A stretch of 64,000 bases of DNA from Candidatus Bathyarchaeia archaeon (GTDB taxonomy: Archaea > Thermoproteota > Bathyarchaeia > 40CM-2-53-6). The first letter of the stretch is position 1, and each line of letters starts with the position of its first letter. The DNA is taken from NCBI GenBank assembly GCA_049513715.1, contig JBEKVV010000003.1, forward strand, positions 64,001-128,000. The letters are read 5' to 3'. A model generated the notes under the pieces. That model was not told where the DNA came from and searched no databases. It saw only the letters and a list, made by a program, of their open reading frames with translations. Below are positions 8,369 through 17,353 of the stretch, piece after piece. A program made the position numbers and the translations under genes.

Positions 8369-8677
8369 TTAGCGCCGAACACGATTCGCAGTCAAGCTTG
8401 AAATCTTTTTCTTAACTGTGGCCAATTCTCGCTTCTTGTAGAGCGAAAAGGTGTGACCCATTACTTCTACAAGTGTTGCCCCAGTCGACGCAGCCACATT
8501 CTTAGCCAAATCATCAGTGTGAGTTTCTTCTAACGCTGATCTTTGAACTTTGACCTTCACTAGCTCTCGGGCCTTAAGCTGACTTCGCACGTGGTTCAAG
8601 AGGTCCTCTGTCGTTCCTTCCTTCCCGATCCATATTGTAGCGTCGGTATGGCGGGACCGTACCTGAAGTGATCTCAT
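8369..8677 (-). CDS. yhbY: YhbY/CRM-domain RNA-binding protein
   Basis: IWIGKEG...QLKARELVKVK...MGHTFSLYK; start uncertain. Confidence 0.9.
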   Translation of the reverse strand: MRSLQVRSRHTDATIWIGKEGTTEDLLNHVRSQLKARELVKVKVQRSALEETHTDDLAKNVAASTGATLVEVMGHTFSLYKKRELATVKKKISSLTANRVRR

Positions 8678-9012
8678 GCGTTTCTTTTCGAAAGCCGTTC
8701 CCTCACTGTTGGGTATCGCTTCTTGGTTCCACATTCCAGGCAGGTGATTAATACCGTTGTCCCAAACTCGGTTCTTGTTCTTACGCGGCAATTAACGCCT
8801 GGAACGAGGAGGCTGCCGCAGCTCTTGCACAGGAATATCTTCTCCTCTTTAGGTATTCGAACTCCAGCCTTCATGCCGACGTATCGCGCAATCTCAACGT
8901 AACGCTTTGCCAAGTGCCGGTCCTTGGAGAACGCATCTTTGGCAAGCCCGAGCAGAATTTGGATTCGCTCACGGGCGATTTCTTTGGTGTTTCCGCTTCT
9001 TCTCCAAGCCAA
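8674..9012 (-). CDS. rnp4: RNase P protein component 4 (Rpp21)
   Basis: IARERIQIL, CKSCGSLLVPG, CLECG..KRYP; start uncertain. Confidence 0.93.
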   Translation of the reverse strand: MAWRRSGNTKEIARERIQILLGLAKDAFSKDRHLAKRYVEIARYVGMKAGVRIPKEEKIFLCKSCGSLLVPGVNCRVRTRTEFGTTVLITCLECGTKKRYPTVRERLSKRNA

Positions 9013-9102
9013 AGAACCGACCGCGGCAGTATCACTCTGCTCCACTTGTAACCTTTTTTGTAACATGAGACTAGGAGCGTGAAGAAGAAGGGTTATTGCG
9101 GT

Positions 9103-9831
9103 TTGGTACTCACCTTGGTTTTTGCCGAGTCAGCGCTTCAACTCATTCCCAAGGGGATCCAATCGCATCCTCAAATTGTGCAGTATGCGAAGCGACGGCA
9201 GAAAACCCCACCTGAAGTTCTGTTGGACAGAGCGTTTCACCACGCAGCAATGCAGCGTATACCTCGGTCCAATCGTTCCTTCCCACCGGAGACAATGGGG
9301 AGGCCTGACATCGTCCACACAAGTCTCCTTCAAGTGCTCGAGACACCTCTGAACTGGGAAGGCAAGCTTCGGGTCTTTGTTCATACACAGGACGACCAAG
9401 TGATTTCCATCAATCCTGAGATCCGACTTCCCAAGAACTACACACGGTTCGTAGGATTAATTGAGCAGTTATTCAGTGAAGGGCAAGTTCCGAAAACGGG
9501 CGAGGCTCTACTGAGCGTCGAAAAGATGCCGCTACATGGTTTGCTTAAGAAACTCAATCCTTCAAAGATTATCGCGTTCAGCATTTTGGGTAAACCCGCG
9601 TTGATGCGCGAGGTAGCAGATTCAGTATGCAAACTCAGAGAACCGTTGGCAATGATCGGCGGCTTCCCGCGCGGACATTTTACCGAATCAACCCGCAAGC
9701 AATCTCAGGCCCTGGTTAGTGTTGACCCTCAATCCTTGGACGCGTGGGTCGTTGCCGGGCGTTTTGTTTATGACTTTGAATGGTCCTTAGGGCTCGCAGA
9801 GGATAGAATAAAACAATCTCAGCACAGGTGA
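9103..9831 (+). CDS. nep1: Nep1/Emg1 16S rRNA pseudouridine N1-methyltransferase
   Basis: GRPDIVH, RLPKNYTRFVGLIEQL, IGGFPRG. Confidence 0.95.
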   Translation: MVLTLVFAESALQLIPKGIQSHPQIVQYAKRRQKTPPEVLLDRAFHHAAMQRIPRSNRSFPPETMGRPDIVHTSLLQVLETPLNWEGKLRVFVHTQDDQVISINPEIRLPKNYTRFVGLIEQLFSEGQVPKTGEALLSVEKMPLHGLLKKLNPSKIIAFSILGKPALMREVADSVCKLREPLAMIGGFPRGHFTESTRKQSQALVSVDPQSLDAWVVAGRFVYDFEWSLGLAEDRIKQSQHR

Positions 9832-10215
9832 TTGCACATGAGCGACGTAGAACTTGATAGAATCAAACGTCAGCGGTTAGTGGAGATGCAGAGAAAAATC
9901 GCTGCCAAACAACAGCAGGAGCAAACAAACACCGCGAAGCCCACTGAACCGGCGAAGGTTCTGCAGAAAGTGTTCGTGGGTCGGGCTTGGGAAGTTTACC
10001 ACGCGGCAAGACAACAGTACCCTCAGGTTGCTGACCAAATCTTCCGGGAACTTGCTGAGCTCGTTCAATCGGGACGTATCAGAGGGCCGATTACAGGAGA
10101 GCAGTTGTATGGGTTACTTCGCCAAATCGGGTTAGATGTTAGGCTCGAAACGAAGATTCAGGTTCTGGAGCACGGCGAGTTGAAGTCAGTCGCGGATAAG
10201 TTCCGCGGCAATTAA
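9832..10215 (+). CDS. Second, divergent PDCD5-like dsDNA-binding protein
   Basis: ELDRIKRQRL N-terminus; ITGEQLYGLLRQIG..VRLETKI. Confidence 0.8.
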   Translation: MHMSDVELDRIKRQRLVEMQRKIAAKQQQEQTNTAKPTEPAKVLQKVFVGRAWEVYHAARQQYPQVADQIFRELAELVQSGRIRGPITGEQLYGLLRQIGLDVRLETKIQVLEHGELKSVADKFRGN

Positions 10216-10408
10216 GGCAAAGCACCTTTGGGCAAGCTCTCGGTTTCGTGCGGTTGACCATCGCCGGGGTCCACGTACAGTTTTTCGCATTTTTCGCAAC
10301 TCCATGCCTCGTAATCCTTCAAATGCGATGGAGCAGCGCTCTCCAACCGAACCTCTACGATATACCTGCCCATGAAATTCATGGGCAATTTGCATTCGGG
10401 CACTTCAT
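10212..10408 (-). pseudogene. Small two-CxxC zinc-finger protein with apparent 1-nt frameshift near start
   Basis: ATG AAG TGC CC(-) GAA TGC would give MKCPECK...WSCEKCEK; one C missing in a C-run. Confidence 0.55.
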
Positions 10409-10710
10409 CTCATTCACCCTGAGAACCTGAGAGCATGAACTCTTTGATGCTACCTGAGATCTCTATTAGATTGTGATTTTAGGCACGAGAGTATGTCAAT
10501 ACATCATTGAAATCTCTTACTGGTTGAAGCATGAATCATAAGCGCGCGACCGTGATACGGTGAAATTGGCGGCGATTATTGAGCGATATTGACATTTGTC
10601 AGTTGCCTTCGACGCTGAGGAATTCATCCAACCTTTCGAAGATCCAATTTCCTTAGAAAAAATGGTTGGAGGGCCCTCGCCCTCCATCATGCTTCAACCT
10701 TTTCCTTGTC

Positions 10711-11646
10711 TTAGTCGTGTAAGCTGGCGGGTGAGTCATGTTCAGATCGCGTTAAGTTTGTGGGTCCTTGCGTTGTTGTTACTGTGGGCTGGATGTTTGT
10801 TGAATTCAATGGAGTAGTTGTAGCCAAAGTTTGGTTTGTTCCTGTGTTCGTTATTGTGGTTGTTGCCGCGGTCACAAGGGTTGAGTTTGTCGACTGGAGT
10901 GTTTCGGTGACTGTTGACGTGGCTTTGGTGGTTATGGTGCTGTTCGTGGTTGAGGAGAAGAGTAGGTCACTACTCGTGGTGCTCGTGGTTTCGTTCGCTA
11001 CGTTGGTTGAAGGGGTGGTAATCAGGCTGCTGGTTGTACTTAACACGGTTTCACTCGTTGTTGCGTTCTCAACGCTGCTAATTGTCTGAACTTGAGTTGA
11101 GGGATCAGAGCTGTTTGTGGTCGTGTTCTGAGATTGGATCTCTGATTCTGTCTGAGGTTGGGTAACAATTGCTGTCTGAGTTGTGGTTGTAACTTGTCCG
11201 GTGAGGAGGAGGGTGTAGAGAGGGGCTAGTTTGTTGTCGGGCGAGTTGAAGATGAGGTTGCTACCTTGCATGGTGCCGTGAAGTTCGAGTTGGAAATCCG
11301 TGTTGTTAGTGTTGGCGCTCGCATCAATTTGCACCTCGCCTTGATCACCGACCTCTCCGAGGCCGTTTGATATTGTGTAGTTTTCGGAACCAATATTCAA
11401 GCTGCCCGTGAGGTTTTGGAACTGGATATGACTGCCCCCGTACGAGACCACTATCCCAGTGAGGTTCATGTTGACCGAAGCGGGGTTTCCTTGTTTGGTT
11501 TCGTTGCCCATTAGGCTGGCTTGGCCAATTGCTGTGATGGTTACTGTGCCGGTTTGGAATTGATCTGCTTTGGCGATTGGTTGGAGCGTTAGAATTACCA
11601 TGGTGAGCAGGATTGTTAGGAGCAAGTGTCTGGTCTGGATTTTCAT
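10711..11646 (-). CDS. Secreted protein with beta-rich domain and Ser/Thr-rich tail
   Basis: Signal peptide MKIQTRHLLLTILL...AKA; Thr-rich C-half; domain resembles that of 57432..58163. Confidence 0.75.
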   Translation of the reverse strand: MKIQTRHLLLTILLTMVILTLQPIAKADQFQTGTVTITAIGQASLMGNETKQGNPASVNMNLTGIVVSYGGSHIQFQNLTGSLNIGSENYTISNGLGEVGDQGEVQIDASANTNNTDFQLELHGTMQGSNLIFNSPDNKLAPLYTLLLTGQVTTTTQTAIVTQPQTESEIQSQNTTTNSSDPSTQVQTISSVENATTSETVLSTTSSLITTPSTNVANETTSTTSSDLLFSSTTNSTITTKATSTVTETLQSTNSTLVTAATTTITNTGTNQTLATTTPLNSTNIQPTVTTTQGPTNLTRSEHDSPASLHD

Positions 11647-12205
11647 CGTTTCCACTTTTTTCTGTGCCGCTATTGACATACAGTGGGGTATATCAATGTT
11701 CTCCACATAGAACGTCATTGTTCCATATGGATTTCGAGACCCCTGATGGAAGAAAAGTCGCGGACAAATGACTGTCGCACTGTTACGAGCAATGAAATGA
11801 ATACGCATCAGGAAGAAGATTCACCGACCAGACCAACGTTTGGTTGGATTCTCGTTTGTGAAACTCAAAGTAGGCGACTGCGAGATTCCGGAACGATGCA
11901 ACTGACACAAATTCGTTTTTTCTCAAACCAAAATCTCCCTTCAAAGTTTCGCCGCCACATACTACGGTGGTTTATAAGCCTCGGCATATTTCGAAGACAC
12001 GAATCAAATCGGCTCTGATCCTTTTCCACGCCAGTCATTGGAACGGACTTCGACAAGCGGATTCCGTCAACACTTTCGTTCTAGGCACGAATTGCTTTCG
12101 AAGAGCGATTACAGATAAGGTGCAATCGCGATAACGAATCAGCGGCTCGCTCATGTTGAGCAACTGTTCACGAAGAGCGAATCAGGAAGCGGGATTGAAG
12201 ATATA

Positions 12206-12841
12206 GTGAGTATGATGCAAGCAAATCGTTTGTTGCCTTTGCTTACGGATTCGATCTTCATCGTACTCGCCCTTTATTTCGTGGTAACTTACACGCGTTC
12301 ACTGTGGATACCTCTGCAACAGCAAACGTTGCTTTTCTTGGTCCGTCAGACCTTCTTCTTGATTGTTCAGCTTATGGCGCTGGCTCTCTTTCTGGTAAGA
12401 AAGAGTGCGGTAAATTTCTCGTCGAAGATTGGTGATTATGTTTGGACTCTACTAGCGTTGGGTTTGCCGATGCTCCTTCGGCCAGTTCTTGGGTTTGCTC
12501 CTTCGATTGTCAGTTTTTCTCTGGAACTGATCGGGATAGTTCTGGTGCTGGGGGCGTTTTTGTCCCTGAATAGGAGTTTCGGTATTGCGCCTGAGAATCG
12601 GGGAATCAAAACGAAGGGCGTGTACCGTATCGTGCGTCACCCGATGTATTCGGGCTACCTTCTCACGGAAACCGGTTTCGTCCTCAGTAATTTCTCGCTC
12701 TACAACGTTCTCATTTTAGCGGCGGCTGCACTTTTTCTAGTACTAAGGCTAATGGCGGAGGAACGGTTCCTGAAAGAAGACCCAGCATACCTAACGTATG
12801 CTCATAAGACTCCTTGGAAGCTACTTCCCTTTATCTTCTGA
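12206..12841 (+). CDS. Isoprenylcysteine carboxyl methyltransferase (ICMT/STE14/PEMT) family membrane protein
   Basis: GVYRIVRHPMYSG and EERFL motifs. Confidence 0.9.
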   Translation: MSMMQANRLLPLLTDSIFIVLALYFVVTYTRSLWIPLQQQTLLFLVRQTFFLIVQLMALALFLVRKSAVNFSSKIGDYVWTLLALGLPMLLRPVLGFAPSIVSFSLELIGIVLVLGAFLSLNRSFGIAPENRGIKTKGVYRIVRHPMYSGYLLTETGFVLSNFSLYNVLILAAAALFLVLRLMAEERFLKEDPAYLTYAHKTPWKLLPFIF

Positions 12842-12891
12842 AATGTGCTTCGATCCATCAATTGAAACTCAACTGGATCCGGTCGTAGTCA

Positions 12892-13668
12892 TCATTGTGG
12901 GATTGAAGCAGCAGGCTCCGCCGGTGAGGCGTATGCTAGGTTTTGGATGTAGATATCGCCTAACATGCAGATTTTGGGCGTGTAGAATGAGTTGCAATAC
13001 CAAGATGAAGGGATCACCAGCATCCCCGTTACGTTCGATACGTACGTGCCGTTCGGCGCGTTTGTCGAGAACGGGCTGCCGTCGGCGTTGAGGAGCCTGT
13101 AATACCGCGGTGGAGGATAGCAGGCCATTGAACCGGTGCAACCGACGCCGGGCGGAACGTAAAGGTATGTTAGAAGGAATGAAGGCGAACCGCACCGCGG
13201 GGAACATTGTGGGTTTTCCACTACTTCATAGATGTACCCGCTAGTTGTAATCGTCATGCCGCTGATTGTGGTTGACTGCTGCGTGGAACCGCTGATTACT
13301 GTTGCGCTTGTCTCAGTCGCGGTACCACTACCGTAACTAACGGATGCTGACATGATGGAAATCGAAACCACTCGGACTGCTGCCTTGCCCTGCATACAAT
13401 AGCTCGCTGCCTTACTGTCCAAGTAGCCGACCACCGTGACTTTGGTGCCAACAGGAGGATAATTAGACCAACCAATCAGGAGATATTGCGTTCCTCCCTC
13501 AGTGCGAAGGAGCATGCAGCCAGCCTCGACTCCTGACTCTAAAGTTCCTGTTACTGTAATAGAATTCGAATCGTTGTTGAGGAAAGAGACTGCGGAGGCG
13601 AAGTACAGACCAGCAATCAAACCCGAGAAGACGACAAGAACGGAAACAATCGCGGTCCGCCTATTCAA
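12892..13668 (-). CDS. Membrane-anchored/secreted Cys-rich hypothetical protein
   Basis: N-terminal TM; GVEAGC..L..G.QYLL OB-like segment; several Cys pairs. Confidence 0.65.
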   Translation of the reverse strand: MNRRTAIVSVLVVFSGLIAGLYFASAVSFLNNDSNSITVTGTLESGVEAGCMLLRTEGGTQYLLIGWSNYPPVGTKVTVVGYLDSKAASYCMQGKAAVRVVSISIMSASVSYGSGTATETSATVISGSTQQSTTISGMTITTSGYIYEVVENPQCSPRCGSPSFLLTYLYVPPGVGCTGSMACYPPPRYYRLLNADGSPFSTNAPNGTYVSNVTGMLVIPSSWYCNSFYTPKICMLGDIYIQNLAYASPAEPAASIPQ

Positions 13669-13948
13669 AGCTCATCCAGCATGGAAAGAGAGTGCACTGT
13701 GACGATAAATCTAGAGATTAGAACGGATCCATGTGTGGAACTCAGAAGATTAACCGTCAGATATGACTAATCTTTGAACCCCTCAGGAACCCCACTGCCA
13801 CGAAGGTATTCCAGTAAGCAATCAGAAGTAGTGATATGAGCTGTAAATCCCTCAGCCAAAATGCCTCACTGCGGAAGAGAAATCGAAAATGTGTTTACTG
13901 CAACCTTAGTGGGATTCGTTTGAGCTCCTAACCCTAAAGAAGACCAAC

Positions 13949-15829
13949 ATGCCCCTACGAATCTTCCAGCGAGAAGGAGGACAGAAGCAATTGACAACGG
14001 ACATGAACATGGCCTGGCTTGTAGACGCCTCATATCGAGGAGGACAAGTGAATCTCAAGCTCATTCGGACAACTGATCTCGAACCTATTCAGTGGAGCGA
14101 TTCCAACTTCAAACCTTACTACCTAACTTATGATGAGCAGTACGGTGAACCTGTCAAGAAACTCAACCTTTTTGCAGGCAACGAAGTGAAACTTCAGAAG
14201 GTCTCCTACTATGAGAGACCGCCAAAGAATACCCAAGGCTGGGAGTTGGACATCGACCCGGCGCTCAGTTACGTTTACGATAGAGGACTTGTCTTCGGCG
14301 TTCCGCATTGTTTTGAGAACGGTGCTTGGTTGCCGCAAATTTCCATAGCCGACGAGCAGCTTACTCGATTTGAAGAGCTCTTCGGGGAAATCAAAGCTAA
14401 GGATCCTTTGAAGTTCGCTTTGGTGAAGGAGGCGTACGCTTATGCGGCGCAACCGGTTCCGCGAATCAAGCCGGAAAATCTTGGCCTTTCGGGTGGTTCT
14501 GAGGAGGATTACTACAACGCTTTCCTACTGAGCCGTATCGCGAACCTGCCAGTATCCAAAACCTACAGAAACTACTCCGTCTCCGAATGGATTCGCTCAA
14601 TGCTCTACACCTACTATCGAGCCCACAACATTCTCATTCCGACCCCTGAAGAGCTGAAACTTGGCGATACAAGGAAATACGTAACGGGCGCGCTCACGAT
14701 TGCCCCCGAGTCAGGGACCTATTTCAACATGTACGTGCTCGACTTCGAGTCCCTCTACCCAGGCTGCATTGACACTTTCAACCTTTCCTACGAAACTGTA
14801 CGGTGCCTCCACTCTGAATGCCAACGGAACCTAGTTCCGGGTCTAGATTACAATATCTGCACTAGGCGACGTGGAATCTACTCCGCCCTCACAGGAGCCC
14901 TACGCGACCTTCGCTTACGAGTCTTCAAACCTCTCACCAAAGCGAACCCGTCAAGTACAGACAAGAACATGGCCGCAGCCTCTCGCATTCTCAAACTGTT
15001 CCTAGTCTCATGTTTCGGAGTGACCGTTCGAATCAAAGGTCTAGCAAGCCCTCTTCTAGGTGAGGCGATCACAGCGTACGGACGTTACGTTTTGCAGTCG
15101 ACGTGGGATATGGCCAAGGACGCAGACCTCAAACCAAAGTACGGCGACACTGACTCGGTTTTTCTTGACAACCCGCTGGAGCAAGATGTGAGACAATTCA
15201 TCCAGGCGGTTAAGAACCGGTTCGACCTGCAATTGGCGTTTGACCGCGTTTACTCGGTTTGCGTTCTAAGTGCTGCCAAGAAAGCATACTTCGGCATCCT
15301 ACCAAACGGAGAGCCCGAAATCAAAGGGTTGTCGATTGCGAAATCCAACTCCCCCAGATTCTTCCAACGAACATTCCAAAACTGCCTCAACAGACTCTCC
15401 AAAGGGCGCCGCTCCGCCAGCGACTTTGAGTTAGCTAAGAAGCAACTGCCCGACGTGGTTGGGGGGGCGATTCACGAACTTCGAAACGGGAGTGTCGACT
15501 TGTCGGACCTTGAGTACCGAGTCGAACTGCGAGATGACCCACAAGAGAAAGCGCGATCGAAGACACTTCCGCAACCGTACCAAGCGGCCTGGCTTCTTTC
15601 AAAGGAAGGAAAGAAAATCTCCAGGGGAGAGGTTGTGGGTTTCGTTAAGGTTAGACCTTTCAAGGTTCAAGGAAGGCAGTATACCGTAAAACCGACTACA
15701 CAAACAGACCCGAGAGAGATCAATGTGAACGACTATGTTCGAAACCTCATCTCTTCGCTGTCCCAAACCTTCGAGCCCATGGGACTCAGCCTCGACATGC
15801 CCGAAACCAGCCTTTCGCGATTCCTGTAA
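13949..15829 (+). CDS. polB: Family B DNA polymerase, PolB1-like, lacking 3'-5' exonuclease domain
   Basis: Motif A DFESLYP, motif C YGDTDS, KKAYFG, KGLS; only 626 aa; no Exo I-III motifs. Confidence 0.88.
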   Translation: MPLRIFQREGGQKQLTTDMNMAWLVDASYRGGQVNLKLIRTTDLEPIQWSDSNFKPYYLTYDEQYGEPVKKLNLFAGNEVKLQKVSYYERPPKNTQGWELDIDPALSYVYDRGLVFGVPHCFENGAWLPQISIADEQLTRFEELFGEIKAKDPLKFALVKEAYAYAAQPVPRIKPENLGLSGGSEEDYYNAFLLSRIANLPVSKTYRNYSVSEWIRSMLYTYYRAHNILIPTPEELKLGDTRKYVTGALTIAPESGTYFNMYVLDFESLYPGCIDTFNLSYETVRCLHSECQRNLVPGLDYNICTRRRGIYSALTGALRDLRLRVFKPLTKANPSSTDKNMAAASRILKLFLVSCFGVTVRIKGLASPLLGEAITAYGRYVLQSTWDMAKDADLKPKYGDTDSVFLDNPLEQDVRQFIQAVKNRFDLQLAFDRVYSVCVLSAAKKAYFGILPNGEPEIKGLSIAKSNSPRFFQRTFQNCLNRLSKGRRSASDFELAKKQLPDVVGGAIHELRNGSVDLSDLEYRVELRDDPQEKARSKTLPQPYQAAWLLSKEGKKISRGEVVGFVKVRPFKVQGRQYTVKPTTQTDPREINVNDYVRNLISSLSQTFEPMGLSLDMPETSLSRFL

Positions 15830-15859
15830 CTGCCATCTTGCTTTGAGTGTGTCCGCCCT

Positions 15860-16105
15860 TGTCAGCGTGTATGCCGCCCTCTCATGGGTGGCTGCCGCCC
15901 ACCCCCCCTTGTTACGGTGCGGGGCACGTGTTCATGGGTGCGGGAGGCTCGTGGAGCATGCCTGACGCTTTCGTTTAGTAATGGGCCACAAAACTGCCCT
16001 ACAGCCCCCCACCCCACACCTAACAATAATAGAAAAGGTGGGCCACACCTGAGAGTGGGTGTACTCCACCCGCGAGGGAGTGGACCCCACCCAATGCCTC
16101 GCCAG
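15860..16105. repeat. Cluster of highly degenerate G/C-tract site copies
   Basis: e.g. GGGTGCGGGAGG-CTCG-TGGAGCATGCC and GCCCACCCCCCC; non-coding, composition unlike flanks. Confidence 0.35.
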
Positions 16106-16294
16106 TCCAAGAGAATACGTCTGTCCAAGCTGTGCATTTCCGATGCATAACCCGTGATATTCTTCGCATGTATCGCGCGAACCAAGCTTCTAGGAGACAA
16201 GAGCTTCCGCGCGTAGCTTGCATAGCGCGGCGGTTGCGGAAGCCAGCGCCGTGGAGGGTCATTTTTGGATACTTCCTAACAGGAAGGCGGTTTT

Positions 16295-16362
16295 GTGTGG
16301 TTCTTGTGTGTGCACGCAAACGAGAACAAGAAACTCGACGGTTCAAATCTCACTTGTCCCCT
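16295..16362 (-). repeat. Degenerate two-site composite unit
   Basis: GTGTGGTTCTTGTGTGTGCACGCAAAC...AAGAAA...GACGGTTCAAAT, same layout as 20027..20119. Confidence 0.55.
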
Positions 16363-16464
16363 GTTTCGTCGGGTTTGATGCCTATTTCTGACCTCAGTTC
16401 GTTCCATTTGGTTTTCGCCTTCGACCAAAGCATTATCTCATTTGCTGATTGTTATCCAGTTCGA

Positions 16465-17265
16465 ATGACTTTGATCGACCATCGAAAAATCGTCGAGTCG
16501 ATTGTCAAGACGATTGAGAATGAGGAAAGTGTGCAGGGCGTCTTTCTCTCGGGTTCCCTAATCAATGAGAGCAAGGATCAGTTTTCAGACATCGACCTCG
16601 GAATCGTCTCAGTCAACAGCCAGGAAGCCTTCGAGAAGTCGTACTCACTGCGGCACGGTATCATCGAAGCTGTCGGTAAGCCGATTGACTCCTTGGAGCG
16701 CGGCTGGGAAAACTGCAAGATGATGACGGCACTCTATGGCAGGACGCAATTTCCCCCTCTTGGGCTCGAAGTTGATGTAATCTTCAGTCAACTCCGTCAT
16801 GTCTCCGAGCAGATACCGTATGCGGATTATGAGATCGTATTTGATAGGTCTGGGATGCTAAGACAGGCACTGGCCAAGCTTAGCCGTAGGAAACCCAAGG
16901 AAGAAGTCCAGAAGGAAATCCGACTGCACCTAACCAGTTGCCCCTTCTATGTTCATGACGCGCTCAAAGCGCATGAAAGAGGAGATTCACCGCCATTCCA
17001 CATGTTGCTAAATGAAATTCGAAAGCTAGTCTTCTTTGCTGCGGCTGCAAGCAGAGACCAGCAGGTGTACGGATCCAAACGTGGACTGAAATATCTCTCA
17101 GCGAGTGAGCGGCTCTCTTTCGAGTCATCATACTATGGTTTCAACAAGGGCACGGTTCAGAAGCTGACCGACCTTTACGTGGCGAAGCTGAAGGAGTTGG
17201 AGGTGCGTTATCAGGTTGTGCCTGACGTGGAAAAATTTCAGAGAACGTTGAAAGAACTCCTCTGA
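16465..17265 (+). CDS. Pol-beta-superfamily nucleotidyltransferase (aminoglycoside/lincosamide adenylyltransferase-like)
   Basis: LSGS...DQFSDIDL motif plus helical C-domain; real start ATG 16465. Confidence 0.8.
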   Translation: MTLIDHRKIVESIVKTIENEESVQGVFLSGSLINESKDQFSDIDLGIVSVNSQEAFEKSYSLRHGIIEAVGKPIDSLERGWENCKMMTALYGRTQFPPLGLEVDVIFSQLRHVSEQIPYADYEIVFDRSGMLRQALAKLSRRKPKEEVQKEIRLHLTSCPFYVHDALKAHERGDSPPFHMLLNEIRKLVFFAAAASRDQQVYGSKRGLKYLSASERLSFESSYYGFNKGTVQKLTDLYVAKLKELEVRYQVVPDVEKFQRTLKELL

Positions 17266-17353
17266 GCGGGATAAATGGATAATCACCCCCCCCCAGGGGG
17301 GGACCCTAACTTGAACCACCATCTCCCGCGTATGTGGCCAGAATGATGCTGGC

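Noticed and set aside
15862..16346. Overlapping short ORFs after polB
   Set aside because: Low-complexity translations of degenerate G/C-rich repeat DNA
16132..16464. N-terminal extensions in the ORF track (also FEN1 63793-63960, 31554-31799, YhbY, S19e)
   Set aside because: Longest-ORF artefacts; family homology starts at later start codons, and some extensions cross repeat sites or other genes
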